64,000 nucleotides of DNA from NCBI RefSeq assembly GCF_009914755.1, contig NC_060933.1. One strand, 5' to 3'. The translations under genes were made by a program, and so were the position numbers. Origin of the DNA: the human T2T-CHM13v2.0 reference genome, Homo sapiens. The notes under the pieces are model-generated. The model ran no database searches. It worked only from the letters and a program-made list of their open reading frames with translations, and was not told the DNA's origin. Shown here one piece after another: positions 1-17,489 of the stretch (position 1 is its first letter; every line of letters begins with the position of its first letter).

Positions 1-428
1 GGCCCTGCAGAGTCTGCTTTCACAGAACTGAATTTTAGCTTTATGCCCTAGGATTTCACTGACCATGCTACAAGAAATGGCTTTACCAAAACCACTGCAT
101 TTGCTGTACGGATGTTGCTGAGGCAAACCTACCATGAGCTCTGTAACTCTAGAATAGTCCTGTGTTTCAGTGTAGATTAGAAAAATGTTCTAGTTTTCCA
201 AGAAACTACCTTCAGAACCTGTTTCTCAGCAAAGAGTACAGAGATCTAAACTCCTGGAGATAAACACTACCTGTCTGACGGCTACCTACAGAAATACCCT
301 GCAGTGGACAGATTAACACTGCAGAGAAAGAGATAACACCCAAAAGACAGAAAGCAGTTTGGTCTATTTTTACACCGTGTTACTGTACGTTCTATTTCTT
401 TGCATTTCACTCAACATGCTTTCGCTAG

Positions 429-659
<231 letters not shown>

Positions 660-1196
660 TAGCCAGGCTGGTCTCAAACTCCTGACCTCATGACCCACCC
701 ACCTCGGCCGTCCAAAGTGCTGGGATTACAGGTGTGAGCCACTGCATCCAGCCATTGGATTACAGGTGTGATCCAATGGATCAATGAGCCAATGATCCAT
801 TCCATTCATTTGCATGACTTGGATCACCACGTGTTTGCTGAATGCTTTAAAATCTATACCTGAAGCCGTTATCTTGCTTCTCTGCAAAACACCCATATTT
901 TTAACCGCCTGGTTAAAGACAGTTCATTGAAGCACCTTACGCTCCATATAGCCAAAATAAACTCATGTTCTTACCGTCCCAAACTTGCTCTTGCTCCTGT
1001 GTCTGCTGTCTCAATTAAAAGCATTCTCAGGCTGGTGCGGTGGCTCATGCCTGTAATCCCAGCACTTTGGGAGGCCAAGGCAGGCAGATCACGAGGACAG
1101 GAGTTCAAGAGCAGCCTGACCAACATGGTGAAACCCCATCTCTACTAAAAATACAAATTAGCCAGGCATGGTGGCACGCGCCTGTAATCCCAGCTA

Positions 1197-1350
<154 letters not shown>

Positions 1351-1369
1351 TCAAGCTGCAAGCATCTCA

Positions 1370-2130
<761 letters not shown>

Positions 2131-2162
2131 TTGGAAGGGCTAGGATTCAAACTCTAATGCAA

Positions 2163-2358
2163 GATTTCTCAGCCTCAGAACTAATGACATTTTGAGCTGG
2201 GGAACTCTTAGATTAGGATGCTGTCCCATGCATTTTAGGATGTGTAGCAGTATATCTGGCCTCTACTCACTAGGTGCTCCAAGTTGTAACAACCCAAAAT
2301 GTCTCCAGACATTCTCAAATGTCCCTTAGGAGGCAAAACCCCCTTAGTTGAGAACCAC
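2163..2358 (-). mobile_element. MER20 hAT-Charlie DNA transposon
   Basis: Diagnostic ACAACCCAAAATGTCTCCAGACATT..AAATGTCCC..GGCAAAA..GTTGAGAACCAC. Confidence 0.8.
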
Positions 2359-2883
2359 CCCTTAGTCTGACACCACAGCCCAAGCTCTTAAAAACATCTT
2401 TCTTTCCACTTCTGGCACTATCTTGGTTCAGGTCCTGAATTTAGTTCACCCAAGACCTCATTATTAGTCAGTCTACATCTAGGCTGTCATCTCTTGTCAT
2501 TTCAATAGTCACACTACCAACAAATTAACCTTCTAAACCTTCAGGGCTTAGATAAATGACTGCAGAAACTGCCCTCACTACCACTATGCAGAATTCCTAT
2601 AAACCCTTTGTATGTACTGTGTAAACCTTTGTATATATACAAAGTCATTACACTGTCTCATATTTCAGTGTCTGTCTTCCCATTAATACATGAGATTTTC
2701 CCCAACAACGGCCACCTCACTCATATCTATATCCCTAGAACCCAGAACTAGAAAGCATTCAAATGTTTCTTAAACAAATTACATACAACAACAAAATGCC
2801 CGGATCTCTTTGCTTTAAATATGTAACAACAACAACAACAACAAAAGCCCCCAAATCATACAGTAAAGCTTTCATCAATGTGA

Positions 2884-3324
<441 letters not shown>

Positions 3325-4001
3325 TAATCTTAAAACTCCTTTCAGTCCATTGCAGTTTTTCAGGGGCATTAAATAGTATCACATTATTTTGGACAACCAA
3401 ACCCATCCCACACTAACTCCTCTTGCCACCAATTCATTTATTGGTTCACTAGTTTTACTGAGCTCCCCCTTAGTACCTTATAAGGGTGCAAAGATGAACT
3501 ATGATAAGGAAATAAAAGTTTTAAGGGGAAAAAGATACAAAGAAATAATAATGCATGAGGTTCTTATCTCAAACTGTCTTTGTTTTTCTTAAACTGTCTT
3601 ACAGTTTGGTCTGCACTAGAAATGTTCTCAAAAGATAACTCAGCCACTAACTAACACCTATCAAAAAGAATTATTTAACATCAATATCCTAAAATAAAAA
3701 TCATAATTTTAGGCCAGGCACGATGGCTCACGCCTGTAATCCCAGCACTTTGGGAGGCCAAGGCAGGCGGATCAATTGAGGCCAGGAGTTCGAGATCAGC
3801 CTAGCCACCATGGGGAAACCCCGCCTCTACTAAAAACAGAAAAAATTAGCTGGGCATGGTGGTGCGCCCCTGTAATCTCAGGTATTCAGGAGGCAGAGGC
3901 ACAAGAACCACTTGAACCCAGGAGGCAGAGGTTGCTGTGAACCGAGATAGCATGACTGCACTCCGGTCTGGGAAACAGAGTGAGACTCCATCTCAAAACT
4001 A

Positions 4002-4118
<117 letters not shown>

Positions 4119-4204
4119 CTAACGAACATGGAGAAACCCCATCTCTACTAAAAATACAAAATTAGCTGGGTGTGGTGGCGCATGTCTGTAATCCCAGCTA
4201 CTCA

Positions 4205-4360
<156 letters not shown>

Positions 4361-4474
4361 CTAAAATGTACTACATATGTAATATAACTGTCAACAACTC
4401 TACATAGCAGACCCGTTCAATCAGTTACTCAAGGCTACATTCAACAATTAACTTACCTTTTTTTTTTTTTTTGA

Positions 4475-4717
<243 letters not shown>

Positions 4718-4767
4718 TGAAGTGTTTACCAGGAATTTATATCATTTGATATTCAGAATTTCTATAG

Positions 4768-4930
<163 letters not shown>

Positions 4931-5913
4931 TAGCTAGGATTACAGCTGCCTGCCACCACGCCCGGCTAATTTTTGTACTTTTAGTAGAGACGGGGTTTCG
5001 CTACATTGGCCAGACTGGTCTCAAACTCCTGACCTCGTGATCTGCCAGCCTGGGCCTCCCAAAGTGCTGGGATTACAGGTGTGAGCCAGCATGCCCGGCA
5101 ACTAATACCACTTTTTTTTTTTTTTTTTGAGACGAAGTCTTGCTCTGTCACCCAGGCTAGAGTGCAGCGATCTCGGCTCACTGCAACCTTCTCCCAGGTT
5201 CAAGTGATTCTCCTGCCTCAGCCTCGCAAGTAACTGGGATTACAGGCATGCGCCATTGTGCCTGACTAATTTTTGTATTTTTTAGAGATGGGGTTTCACC
5301 ATCTTGGTCAGGCTGGTCTTGAACTCCTGACCTTGTGATCCACCCGCCTCGGCCTCCCAAAGTGCTGGGATGACAGGTGTGAGCCACCGCGCCCGGCCTA
5401 ACACCTATTTTTTTAAATATCTGGCTACAACCATTACATCCTTATTCTATAATTCATCTTTGGGGTCTTAACTGTACATTTTGTTTTCTAGTTTTAGAGC
5501 AACCCCTGCACTGTTTTCTGAGGAAAATCTTGGTCCTGCCCATAGGACCTTTAAATACATGTGCTGGTTGTCCATTCAGGTCAAAATGCTGACATGATCA
5601 GGATCTAACCTAAATCAGGCATGCTGAATATGTAGCCTCATGATTCTGGACTGAGAAAATAAACTCATTGCAACCTGATGCTTACTTAAATTCCTGGAGA
5701 ATTACTAAAGGATTTGTTCACTCAAAAATTCAATAAACTGTTCTCTACGTGCCAGATGCTATTCTAGCTGCTGGGGATAAACAGTGAACAAAACACGTAT
5801 AGTCCCCACAGTGTACGCATCCCTCTTTACCTCTGAATCAAGCCAAACCATCAGAGAGCCATATACCAAAACCACATTGCTTTGGCCCCGTGGAGACTGT
5901 TCACTGGCAATAA

Positions 5914-6066
<153 letters not shown>

Positions 6067-6109
6067 TGAGTACCTGTGATTACAGGCACGCGCCACCATG
6101 CCCGGCTAA

Positions 6110-6256
<147 letters not shown>

Positions 6257-6514
6257 TAAAAACTCACGTTTGATTTTAGAGATACCATGAATCTGAAAAC
6301 TGAACTTTATTTTCTTCTTCATTTTACTCCAGAAAACTCAGAGCCAAACACCAAAGCAACCATTAGCAATGATGCAGGACTTTCCGGTCCATGCACTAAT
6401 TCTGCCACTGGCTTTATCTGCTTCTTTCATTTCTTCTTGGCCTTTATTTTTAATCTTCTCATTTTGAAAAGAAGTGGGAAATAAAAGATATTTGATGGGT
6501 GTTTTTTAACCTAA

Positions 6515-6775
<261 letters not shown>

Positions 6776-8185
6776 TGAGGCGGAGTCTCGCTGTCGCCCA
6801 GGCTGGAGTGCAGTGGTATGAGCTCAGCTCACTGCAAGCTTTGCCTCCCGGGTTCACGTCATTCTCCTGCCTCAGCCTCCTGAGTAGCTGGGACTACAGG
6901 CACCTGCCACCACGTCCAGCTGATTTTTTTTGTTTTTAGTAGAGACGTGGTTTCACTGTGTTAGCCAGGATGGTCTCGATCTCCTGACCTTGTGATCCGC
7001 CCGCCTTGGCCTCCCAAAGTGCTGGGATTACAGGATTGAGCCATCGTGCCCGGCCCAATTTTGTATTTTTAATAGAAATGGGGTTTCTCCATGTTGGTCA
7101 GGCTGGTCTCAAACTCCCGACCTCAGGTGATCTGCCCACCTTGACCTCCCAAAGTGCTGGGATTACGGGCGTGAGCCACCACGCCAGCAGAACTATTATT
7201 TCTACTATATAGATGAGGAAACTGAGGCAGAGACAGGCTTATTAACTTGCACATGATCTCGCAAACTACATTTGACAGAGCTGAATTCAAATTCAGCCCA
7301 GACCATTTCATGTAAGTGTATGTACAGGCCATGATGGGACCCAATAAGGTGGAGCAGAGGGAGGGTGGGGGGAAGCCCTCACTGAGCAAAGTCTTAAAGG
7401 AGGGGGCTTGTCAAGGAGCAAGGAGAAAGTACTCCAGAAAGAAAAAGAAATCACATACAAAAACCCAAAGCAGACCAGGTACTGTGGCTGACGCCTATAA
7501 TTCAAACACTTTGAGAGTCTGAGGAAGGCAGATAGCTTAAGCCCAGGAGTTCACGACCAGCCTGAGCAACATGGTAAAACCCCACCTCTACAAAAAATGC
7601 AAAAATTAGCTGGGCATAGTGATGCACATCTGTAGTCCCAGCTACTTGGGAGGCTGAGGTGGGAAAATCACCTGGGCCCGAGAAGTCAAGGCTCCAGTGA
7701 GCCATTGTCACACCATTGCACTCCACCCTGAAGTGAGACCGTCTTTAAAAAACAACAACAACAACAACAAAAACAACAAAAACCCTAAAAACAAAAAACC
7801 AAAGCAAAGAGGGAACATAAGTTCTGGGAATGGCAAATGGAGCACGGAGTTACATTCAGCAATTAATTCATCTTGAAGGTTCACCAGAAAGTTAAATCAT
7901 TTAAAAGTAGACATTTAATAGTTCCATCATTGAAAATCGATATGGCCAAAGTATTAACCGTGGCTGGGAAAGTATGAAGAAGTAAAATAAAGGCAATTTT
8001 TTTATATGATTAGGCTAAAAGTCTGAATGATGTTCAATAAGCAATGAGGAAGCACAGAGGGATCCTAAGCATGAGAATTACAAGATCGATTTGCACAGTA
8101 CAGGGAGGGAATTACAGATTCAAGGTAGGGAAACCAGTCAGAAGGCTACTGAAGAGTCTGGCAGTGGGGTAATGAGAGTTAAATG

Positions 8186-9592
<1,407 letters not shown>

Positions 9593-10022
9593 GCCTAAAG
9601 TGTGACAAGGAAACTCTGTTGGCACTTCCACCATCAGCATTTCGTGTCTATTTACTATTGAGGTTTTCTGTGTATTAACATCATTAACTTGCCAGATATT
9701 AACTATGAAAGTAGTCCTACTGGTCACATAACTACAGTAGCTTACTTTCTCTAGGTCAATGCCAACATCTGTGAAAAAGGAATCATCTAATGACTACACA
9801 GAATTGCTATGTAGTACCTCTCACATGGAATGCAGTCAAAAATGTTTATGTGATAAATATATCTTCATCTCCATTACTCAAGGACTAATTCACTTTGTTT
9901 GTGGACTACTTAAACTCTTTGCTTCTATTTTCCTAAGGTTCAACCATTCGAGTTAACTACACAGTGTCCAACGACAAAAGATAAAGCAATAAGAAAACCT
10001 ACTTTCAATTGCATATTTATTA

Positions 10023-10270
10023 GCAGCATTATGGTATAACAGTTAAGAGCTTAAGCTCTGGAGTCAGACTGTCTGGATTCAAATCCTGGTTTTATCTTTT
10101 ACTAGATGCATGATTTTGGGTAAATATTTGGCCTCTCTGTGTCGCAGTTCCCTCTTCTGTAAAATAGTGACACTACATATTCTCTTAGGGTTCTTTGAGG
10201 ATTACAGGAGAAGATACACATAGAGCATTCGTACACAGTACTTGGCACATAGTAGATGCTCAATAAAATT
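10023..10270 (+). mobile_element. MIR SINE
   Basis: GTTAAGAGC..GCTCTGGAGTCAGAC..TTCAAATCCTGG, core CCTCTCTGTG..CAGTT..TCTGTAAAAT, 3' TGGCACATAGTAGATGCTCAATAAA. Confidence 0.8.
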
Positions 10271-10974
10271 AGTTTATTTTTTGAGGCAGGGTCTTGCTGT
10301 GTTCCCCACACTGGAGTGCAGTGGCATGATCACGGCTCACTGCATCACTGCAGCCTTGACTTCCTGGGCTCAAGCAATCCTCCCACCTCAGCCTCTTGAG
10401 AAGCTGGGACTACAGGTCCACAACACCCGCTCAGCTAGTTGGTTTTTGTTTTTTTAATTTTTTGTTTTTGTGGGTACATAGTAGGTGTATATATTTATGG
10501 GACCGGCTAGTTTTTCAATTTTTTGTAGAGACGGAGTCTTGCTCTGTTGCCCAGACTGGTCTTGAACTCCCAGGCTCAAATGATCCTCCTGCCTCAGCCT
10601 CCCAAAGAGCTGGGATTGAAGGCATGAGCCACCCCAGCCAAGATGAGCTTTTTAAACAGAGATGCTGGAGAAAATGAAATTATGGCTAAGGTTAAAAAAA
10701 AAAATAGCTGAGATCCTTACACAACATCAAAAAGTAAAAAAGTAGGATTTCTCAAGATTTCCCACATTATCTTAGATACCAAGAAAAAAAAAATCGACTG
10801 TAGAGGTAGTAATTTGAAGTCCTCAAAAGAAAAATCATGCATGTGGTTATATTCTTTTAAAAGGGGGATAAATAAGAAACTTCATCTACTGACAGTATAC
10901 AATTATGCAGTACGGCACAGGTGCAGCCAAGCAAAAAGAAAAACATGAAGCAAAATAGGAAGGCACTGCCTTAC

Positions 10975-11019
10975 CTGCTTCTCCGTTTTCGAGGCGGTTT
11001 CTCCACTGTGCCAGTCAGT
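10975..11019 (-). CDS. SCAI: SCAI coding exon 2, (R)LTGTVEKPPRKRRS(R)
   Basis: Acceptor TTTGTTTGGTCTGCAG|, donor CAG|GTAAGG, 45 nt; continues exon 1 in frame to give the recalled SCAI sequence including basic NLS-like PPRKRRSR. Rest of gene lies beyond position 1. Confidence 0.92.
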
Positions 11020-11329
11020 CTGCAGACCAAACAAATAAGACGGTAACTAAAAGTAACATACAAGAAAACATCTCCCGGCGCTACCGTGCCAGTCAAGAAC
11101 TAAATAGACCACCCTCTGGGACCACAGGCTCGCCAAGCCCAGATCTGACCTTACAAACGCCTCATGCCCTGTTTCCCCTATTTACCAAGACCTAGCATTC
11201 CTGGGACTCACCGTTCCCCCAATTCCCCCTGAGCTCAAACCTTCCTGGTCCCTCACCCCATCCTCGACCCCTGCTCGTCACAGCCCAGCTCCCCAAAATC
11301 ACCCACCTCCACCTACTCATTGTCTGCCT

Positions 11330-12120
11330 CGTCACCCCCGCAAGCCCCCCTAGCCTCCCCTTTCCTGTGCCCACCCGTTCCCGACCGTGCACTGCCCCCT
11401 CCACGCCCCGCCTCTCCGGGCCCGGCGACCCCCGCATTCCACGGCCCCTCCGGGGGCGCGCCCGCCTTGCCCCTCCCGGCCCCGCGCCGCCAGCCTCACC
11501 CCTCGGCGCCCCTTCCCTCACACGCCCCTCTCACCTGGCCTCGAGGAGGCGATCGCGCCCAGCCCGCGCCGCCGCCTGCAGGCGCCCCCAAGGTCCCCCC
11601 AGCCTGCACCCCCCGCCCCTCCGGTCTCTGCGCCCCGAATGCTCCACCGCCCCGAGCCGCTGCCCCTGGGCCCGCTCCCTGGCCCCCACCCCATCCCCAA
11701 CCCCGGCCTCCACCCAGCCCCCGCACCTGGGGGCCAGGCGACTCCGCGGCTGCTGGGGCTGCCGGGCTCCTCTGACCATCCGGCTCCTGCTCCGCCGCGG
11801 GAGCTGCTCCGGCGGCCGCAGGGCTCGCTCGGGAAGCTGAGGCGGCGGAGGCTGGAGTAGGCGGAGAGGCGGGAGGAGGGCCTCGCGCCTCTGCCAGGCT
11901 TGCCGCGGGGCCCGCCTCCTCCGCGCCTCTCCTCGGCTCCCATTGGCTAGAGCAGTAGTGTGGACGGAAATCTGTCAGTCGATTGGACGCTCGGCCCGTC
12001 ACATCCCGCGCTGCCCACCCAGAGGTTTGGTTGAGACTGCAGGTGGCGGCGGAGGTGCCTTAGAGATTGCTAGCAGGGCCGGAGGAGACCCTAGCGCCAC
12101 CATGCGTCTAAAAGTAGGAA
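11330..12120 (-). promoter_or_regulatory. SCAI: SCAI CpG-island promoter with two CCAAT boxes
   Basis: Very high GC/CpG density; CCAAT on minus strand at 11942-11946 and 11982-11986 (40 bp apart), the latter adjoining a TGACAG (TALE/PKNOX-type) hexamer. Confidence 0.85.
11727..11779 (-). CDS. SCAI: SCAI coding exon 1 (suppressor of cancer cell invasion), MVRGARQPQQPRSRLAP(R)
   Basis: ATG at 11779-11777; translation matches the recalled SCAI N-terminus; donor AG|GTGCGG after 11727; 53 nt, ends phase 2; inside CpG island. Confidence 0.93.
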
Positions 12121-14931
12121 CTGCACCCCCGGCTCCAGACACCTGCCCCAGGTTCTCCTGGCTCTGCGTCCTGCATACCACACACCTGCTGGCGCCCCTC
12201 CACCTCTGCACCACGCCAGGACCGAAAACAAGCCCTGAAATCTCCCAATTTCTTCTAGCAGGTGAGACAGTGAGGCAACTCTCACAAACGTGTTTCCTTT
12301 TAAGCCACCTCGAATGCGATCCTTGTCCCTACATCTTGCTGAAATTGTCTCACAGCTCACAGCTACCCCTCAAAAAGGACCCAGCCAGAAAACTCTAAGA
12401 ATCCACCAAAATAAAGCATGGTTTGGATGCTCAATCCTCTGCAGAAAAGCTCACTAGCTTGGGTGCAGGCTTTTAAGAAAGTAAGATTTTTTTTTAATTA
12501 CCATGAAAGAAAAATCAGCACTACAAACAGAACCAATGCCATACTAAAAGCAACGTGTTCCATTTTGAAAGGCCTGGACAAATTTGATCCCTGAATGGAA
12601 GCTGACCATCCTGATTGTGTGACCATTGCAAGTTCTACACCAATTAATCAATTTTAAAATAAATTGTACTGTATTTTTTGACAAACAGGCATGCAAAACT
12701 GCCTTTCATAAGCATAGTTACCCTTCTTCTGCTTTAACAAAGCCATCCTTGAAAATAAGACTCAGCTCATTAACGTATTATAAAATTCTTGAAGGTGGGA
12801 AGGCCTCTCTAAATCTCTACTCCTGTGTGAACTTGTTTGGTATATTCTCAGCATCTGTTCAGAGTTGGGAGGAGGCATAAAACTTTCTCTTAAGTCACTT
12901 CCATTTTATTAGAACATCTTTTATGCCTCAATAATATGACAGCGTCGAGTAGTACATGTCAACATTGGGGTGGGGAAAATCTCTCATTGATCTCCATAAG
13001 CGGCAAAAATTAGGATACTAGTTTTTCACAAAACCAAATGTATTTGGTGTAAAGAGTTGTCTTTTCTTCTGAGATGGTCCTACCTACATCTTTAATGGTA
13101 AAATGACTTTCCATTTATGAAGTAATACTGACGGTAAATTGTAGTAGGAATTGAAAAATTGCTTTGAAAAAATGTCAAATCTCTGTTGGTCCCCCAAATT
13201 AGTATTTCACGTAATCCTAAAGTCACAGAACCACAAATCACCTCAATCTCAACTAACAGTTTCCACCCATATTATCAAGCCAGAGAGAGGAAAGAACTCG
13301 AGAATAATTTGTGTCAGACGAAGGGGGATCATCAACTCACTAGGGAAGTAATCTTGAAATACATTTATTATATTCCTTATTAAAAATCCATTGCCTGCTT
13401 TTTAGCATCTTCCATAATTGACCAATCCTCACTGATATATGGCAGATATTGTCAATAAAACAGGACCTATTCATTTCTTACGCCTTCCCAAAAAGGATCC
13501 TCGAGTCTTCACATTGTGTCCAAGTGATCTCTGCTTATTTTAACTCTGTAAGACATACAAATCCCATCATTCCAGTCCACACTTAATTCACACTTCCTCT
13601 TTATCTTCCCCAATTACTCCATCCTACATCAAACATTTCCTTGTCCAGATGTGTTGTACTTACAAAATCTACACTATGTTAGCAATTATACATTGCCTTG
13701 GATTATTCTTCCCAACTACAATGAATTTGAACAAATGGCCTATGAGTATGAGCCCTTAATAAAAGGCAGCTTTGGACCAGATACTGGGTGCTTTGTGTGT
13801 GCTATTTTTAATAGTGAGATTAACCCTGCCTGATATTCTCTTATTTTAGACACAGAAACTTAAGATTCAGAAAATTCAATCTGTTCAGGGTCACACAACT
13901 ACAATAACCAATATTGCTTAAAATAGAGCGCTAAAGAAATACTCTGGTGTGCCCTCTAGGGATTCAAGTTCCAGCTCTCTTGTGCAACGTTAGACAAGTC
14001 ACCTATCCTCTCTAAGCCTATTTCCTCATCTAGGGGGAGAAAAGTTCTAGAGAAGGATGAACAAGATTTATTAATTTTTTTGAAGTTTGGGCTGGGCACA
14101 GTAGCTTATGCTTGTAATCCCAGTGCTTTGGAAGGCCGAGATAGGAGGATCTCTTCAGCCGGGAGTTCAAGACTAGCCCGGGCAACATAGGGAGACCCCA
14201 TCTCTACCAAGAAAAAAAAAAAATAAAAGGTAATATAGTCATAGACCCATACAGCAAGGGCATCACAAAATAGAGAACATAACAATTTAGCACATATGCT
14301 GTATACAGGTTTGTTGCTATTACTGCATGACAGAGCTGGGGTTTTCACCCAGATCTGATCCCAAAGCCTGTGCTATTCCATAATGCCTCCATGCAGTCTT
14401 TTATAACCCACCATTTATATACAAAAGCACAGTGCTGCTGAGCATAGTGGGTGCCTAGGGATTGAGTGGAATATACTTATGTAGTATTTTTGTTGACAAC
14501 ACAAATCTATAAATGTCATGCATTTTTGAATTAAGAAAACATTTGAATGATCTAAGCCAGCATAAGCCTACTCTCATGAGGGCACAAATTCACCAATAAA
14601 TTGATACGGAAATAGAAAACAGGAGGGGAATGCAGAACCAACCTTCCCCAAGCATCTAGTGTGTCTGGCATCATGCTAGGGGACTTTCCAAATGTTTCTT
14701 TTTGGTTTACTACCGTGTATTTCGTCAGCATCACTACACACTGTAAATATACAATTTAAAGAGTTGTGATGATCTCATGAAGCATAGTTCTGGGCACTGG
14801 ATCGAGGTTGTAACAATAAACATTGCCTTTAAAGAGTTGGAACACTTAGCTCAGAGTCAAATGCAAAACAAAAAAAAAAAGGTTTCACTTTTGTTCACCA
14901 GTCAAGCAACCAAGTGGAGGAATAAGCATTT

Positions 14932-14937
14932 TTTAAT
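14932..14937 (-). terminator. Candidate distal poly(A) signal ATTAAA of PPP6C
   Basis: tttaat on plus strand; U/GU-rich downstream sequence on minus strand (to ~14865); AATAAA also at 15019-15024. Confidence 0.5.
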
Positions 14938-17483
14938 TTCTTATATAAAATGCTAACTTCTTGTCAGGACATACTACAGACTATGCATTGAATTTTTTGA
15001 CAAACTTCCTGTAATCTTTTTATTAATTTACACTGAGGGAATATAGCACCTTTCATCCGAAGAACTGAAGGTGCTTTACAAACATTAGCATTTAAAAAAC
15101 AATTACATTTAAAAATCTGGATTCTTGATGTCAAATCTCTTCGACTCCAGATACACAATTTCCTGGAAGCTGATGGAAAGTGATTCTATTTCTGACAATG
15201 AAAGAGGCTCAGAAAGAGTCCTAATTTGCTTTCACAGTACAGGCATTTTCCAAAACCTGGTTCTGGGCTTACAAAGCACACACACACAAATCTTAATGCA
15301 ATGAACAATATTTCAAACCTTATTTCCCAAAGCAAAACCTAGGGCTTAAGACGTCAAAATCTTCCAACAGTTCTAGACATCCAGACAGAATAGGAGCTGA
15401 TGCAGATTGCATATGAGATGTACTGTTGATCCAGGTGTTTTAGGATCACACTCAAATGAATATAAAGTAGTGAAACTTTTTGGGGAAACACATTAACTTA
15501 TAAAAAGCTAGCCAAGAGCATATCGGCCAAAGGAGGAAAGGGAGTAAATGGCAATTCAAAGTAGACAGTTCTCACTAGAGCCTAGGGCACTTTATTAGAA
15601 ACCAAGTATATCATAGGCAAATAAAAATAGTTTTTACCCCCATTGATACAACATAAGGGATTTTACATTCAGCCTAGATATAGGGAGTAACAAATCCTCC
15701 TGCCCATAAATCTATGACTTGCAAGTATCTTCCACCACATGATAACTCTATATAGTACATATAGTACATAGCCCTTATTTATTGGAGGGATCCAAAATAT
15801 TCCTTGTAGGCTCACAAAGTCCAATACATTAGCTCTCTCTTCCCTTTACACGTCTAATAGTAAAAACTATTTTTTCCATGCAAAAAGCCATTATTCAGTT
15901 GAAGAGAAATCAGGCAAAACAGAGATGGCAGATAAGGAATGGAGAGAATATTATTGGCACGTGCCCAACTAGTGACAAACAAATGCAGTACACAATGACT
16001 TAAAAATAAAAGTCACATTATAGGGATAACAAAAACAACTACATCAATCTAAGCTAAGGAGTGTCAAACAGGGAGGGCTGGGAGTTACCGGTTCTATTAG
16101 TACAACTTAAGTGGAAAGCAAGCACTTAAATACAATTTATGGTAACAGGAAAAAAAAAAATACTGCAGAGAGCTGTTCAAAGACCACACCAAGTTGTCTG
16201 CATCATTAATTTCCAGTGTTTCACAATTAGTAAAATACATAGCTACATATCCCTGTGAGATAAAAATACCTTTCCACCTGAATTACACTGGGATCAGGGC
16301 AGTAACACGAAGCTACTGACCCAACATTAGTTCAAGTGTGTGCAGCAAATGTCTTAGCCACCTCTTTCATATAGCTATATAATTAAAAACTATGTAAGGA
16401 GCTGGGTGGTTTGAGGGAAAAAAATTAAATCAAAACAGTATTGTGCTCAATTAATAAAAGAAAACCCTGATGAAAAATTATATGCCAAGAAGCTTAGACT
16501 ATAAAGATTTTTATTGCATTTTTAGGTAACCTGGAAGTTCTTATCCTGAAGGGGAAAAGTGGGTTTTCAAAACTACCTGAACAGATGCTAAAGTGCTTTA
16601 TTAATTGGCTGGCTTCACAAGTATTTCCTGGAATAACAAAAATTAATCATAGTAAAGGGATACCAACTATTTCACAAAATGTACATTCCAACATCATTTA
16701 TGACTACAGTCATAAGAGATACTGGAATACTTGTCCTTATTAAGTGGACAGTTGCATATTCAGAACTGATCATCACAACCCTTTGGATATTCAAATTACT
16801 TACACAAAGCTGAAATATGGTATCACAGACCTTTGCAAAAAAGAAGAACTTGTTTCTTTTTCTACACTTTAAATAATCTGCTTCAGATTACAGTTCACAA
16901 ATACAAGAGTCCTAACTTTTCAACCTTTCCAGTTGCAGTTTAAAAATGAACACTTTCTAAAAGTTAAGGTCAAGTGTTACAGCAAGAGAAGAATGATTCC
17001 TATTGAAAAGCACATAGATTTTAGTTAATAATACTCATGATAGATTGTAAACTGGATTGATCACATTCTACTCAACTGGTATCAAATTAACACATCAGCA
17101 TTACAAGTATTAAATGTTTTTCTATTACTATAGAGGATATAAACCAAAACATTAATATGGCAGTTATGTTCTTTAGGCACAGTTTAGTGATTTTTTTCAA
17201 AAATAAATACTATTGAATTTCAATTGAAGTTTTAAACTCAATAACCAAAGGGTCAAGAACTCTGATTAGGAAAAAAGAAAAGATAACTTTACGCTAACAA
17301 TGTAAGCTGTTTAAAATTTCTAACACTTAACCTATCTGAGTTTTATTTAAGATTACTTTATTAAAAAATACAAGGAATCTGAAAAAAGATCAATACAATT
17401 ATCTTAAAGTACAAAGTCATAAGCTGTAGCAGTTTTTAACTAAAATTTAAAAACACAACAAGGAGGGCAGCCCTTTAGACCAA

Positions 17484-17489
17484 TTTATT
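17484..17489 (-). terminator. Candidate proximal poly(A) signal AATAAA of PPP6C
   Basis: tttatt on plus; followed on minus strand by TTTGTTGTGTTTTT GU-rich element (~17462-17449); further AATAAA at 17357-17362 and 17342-17347. Confidence 0.55.

Noticed and set aside
11192-12002. Several overlapping 110-170 aa Pro/Gly/Arg-rich ORFs on both strands
   Set aside because: Stop-codon scarcity in the SCAI CpG island; only 11727-11779 is supported as coding by splice sites and homology.
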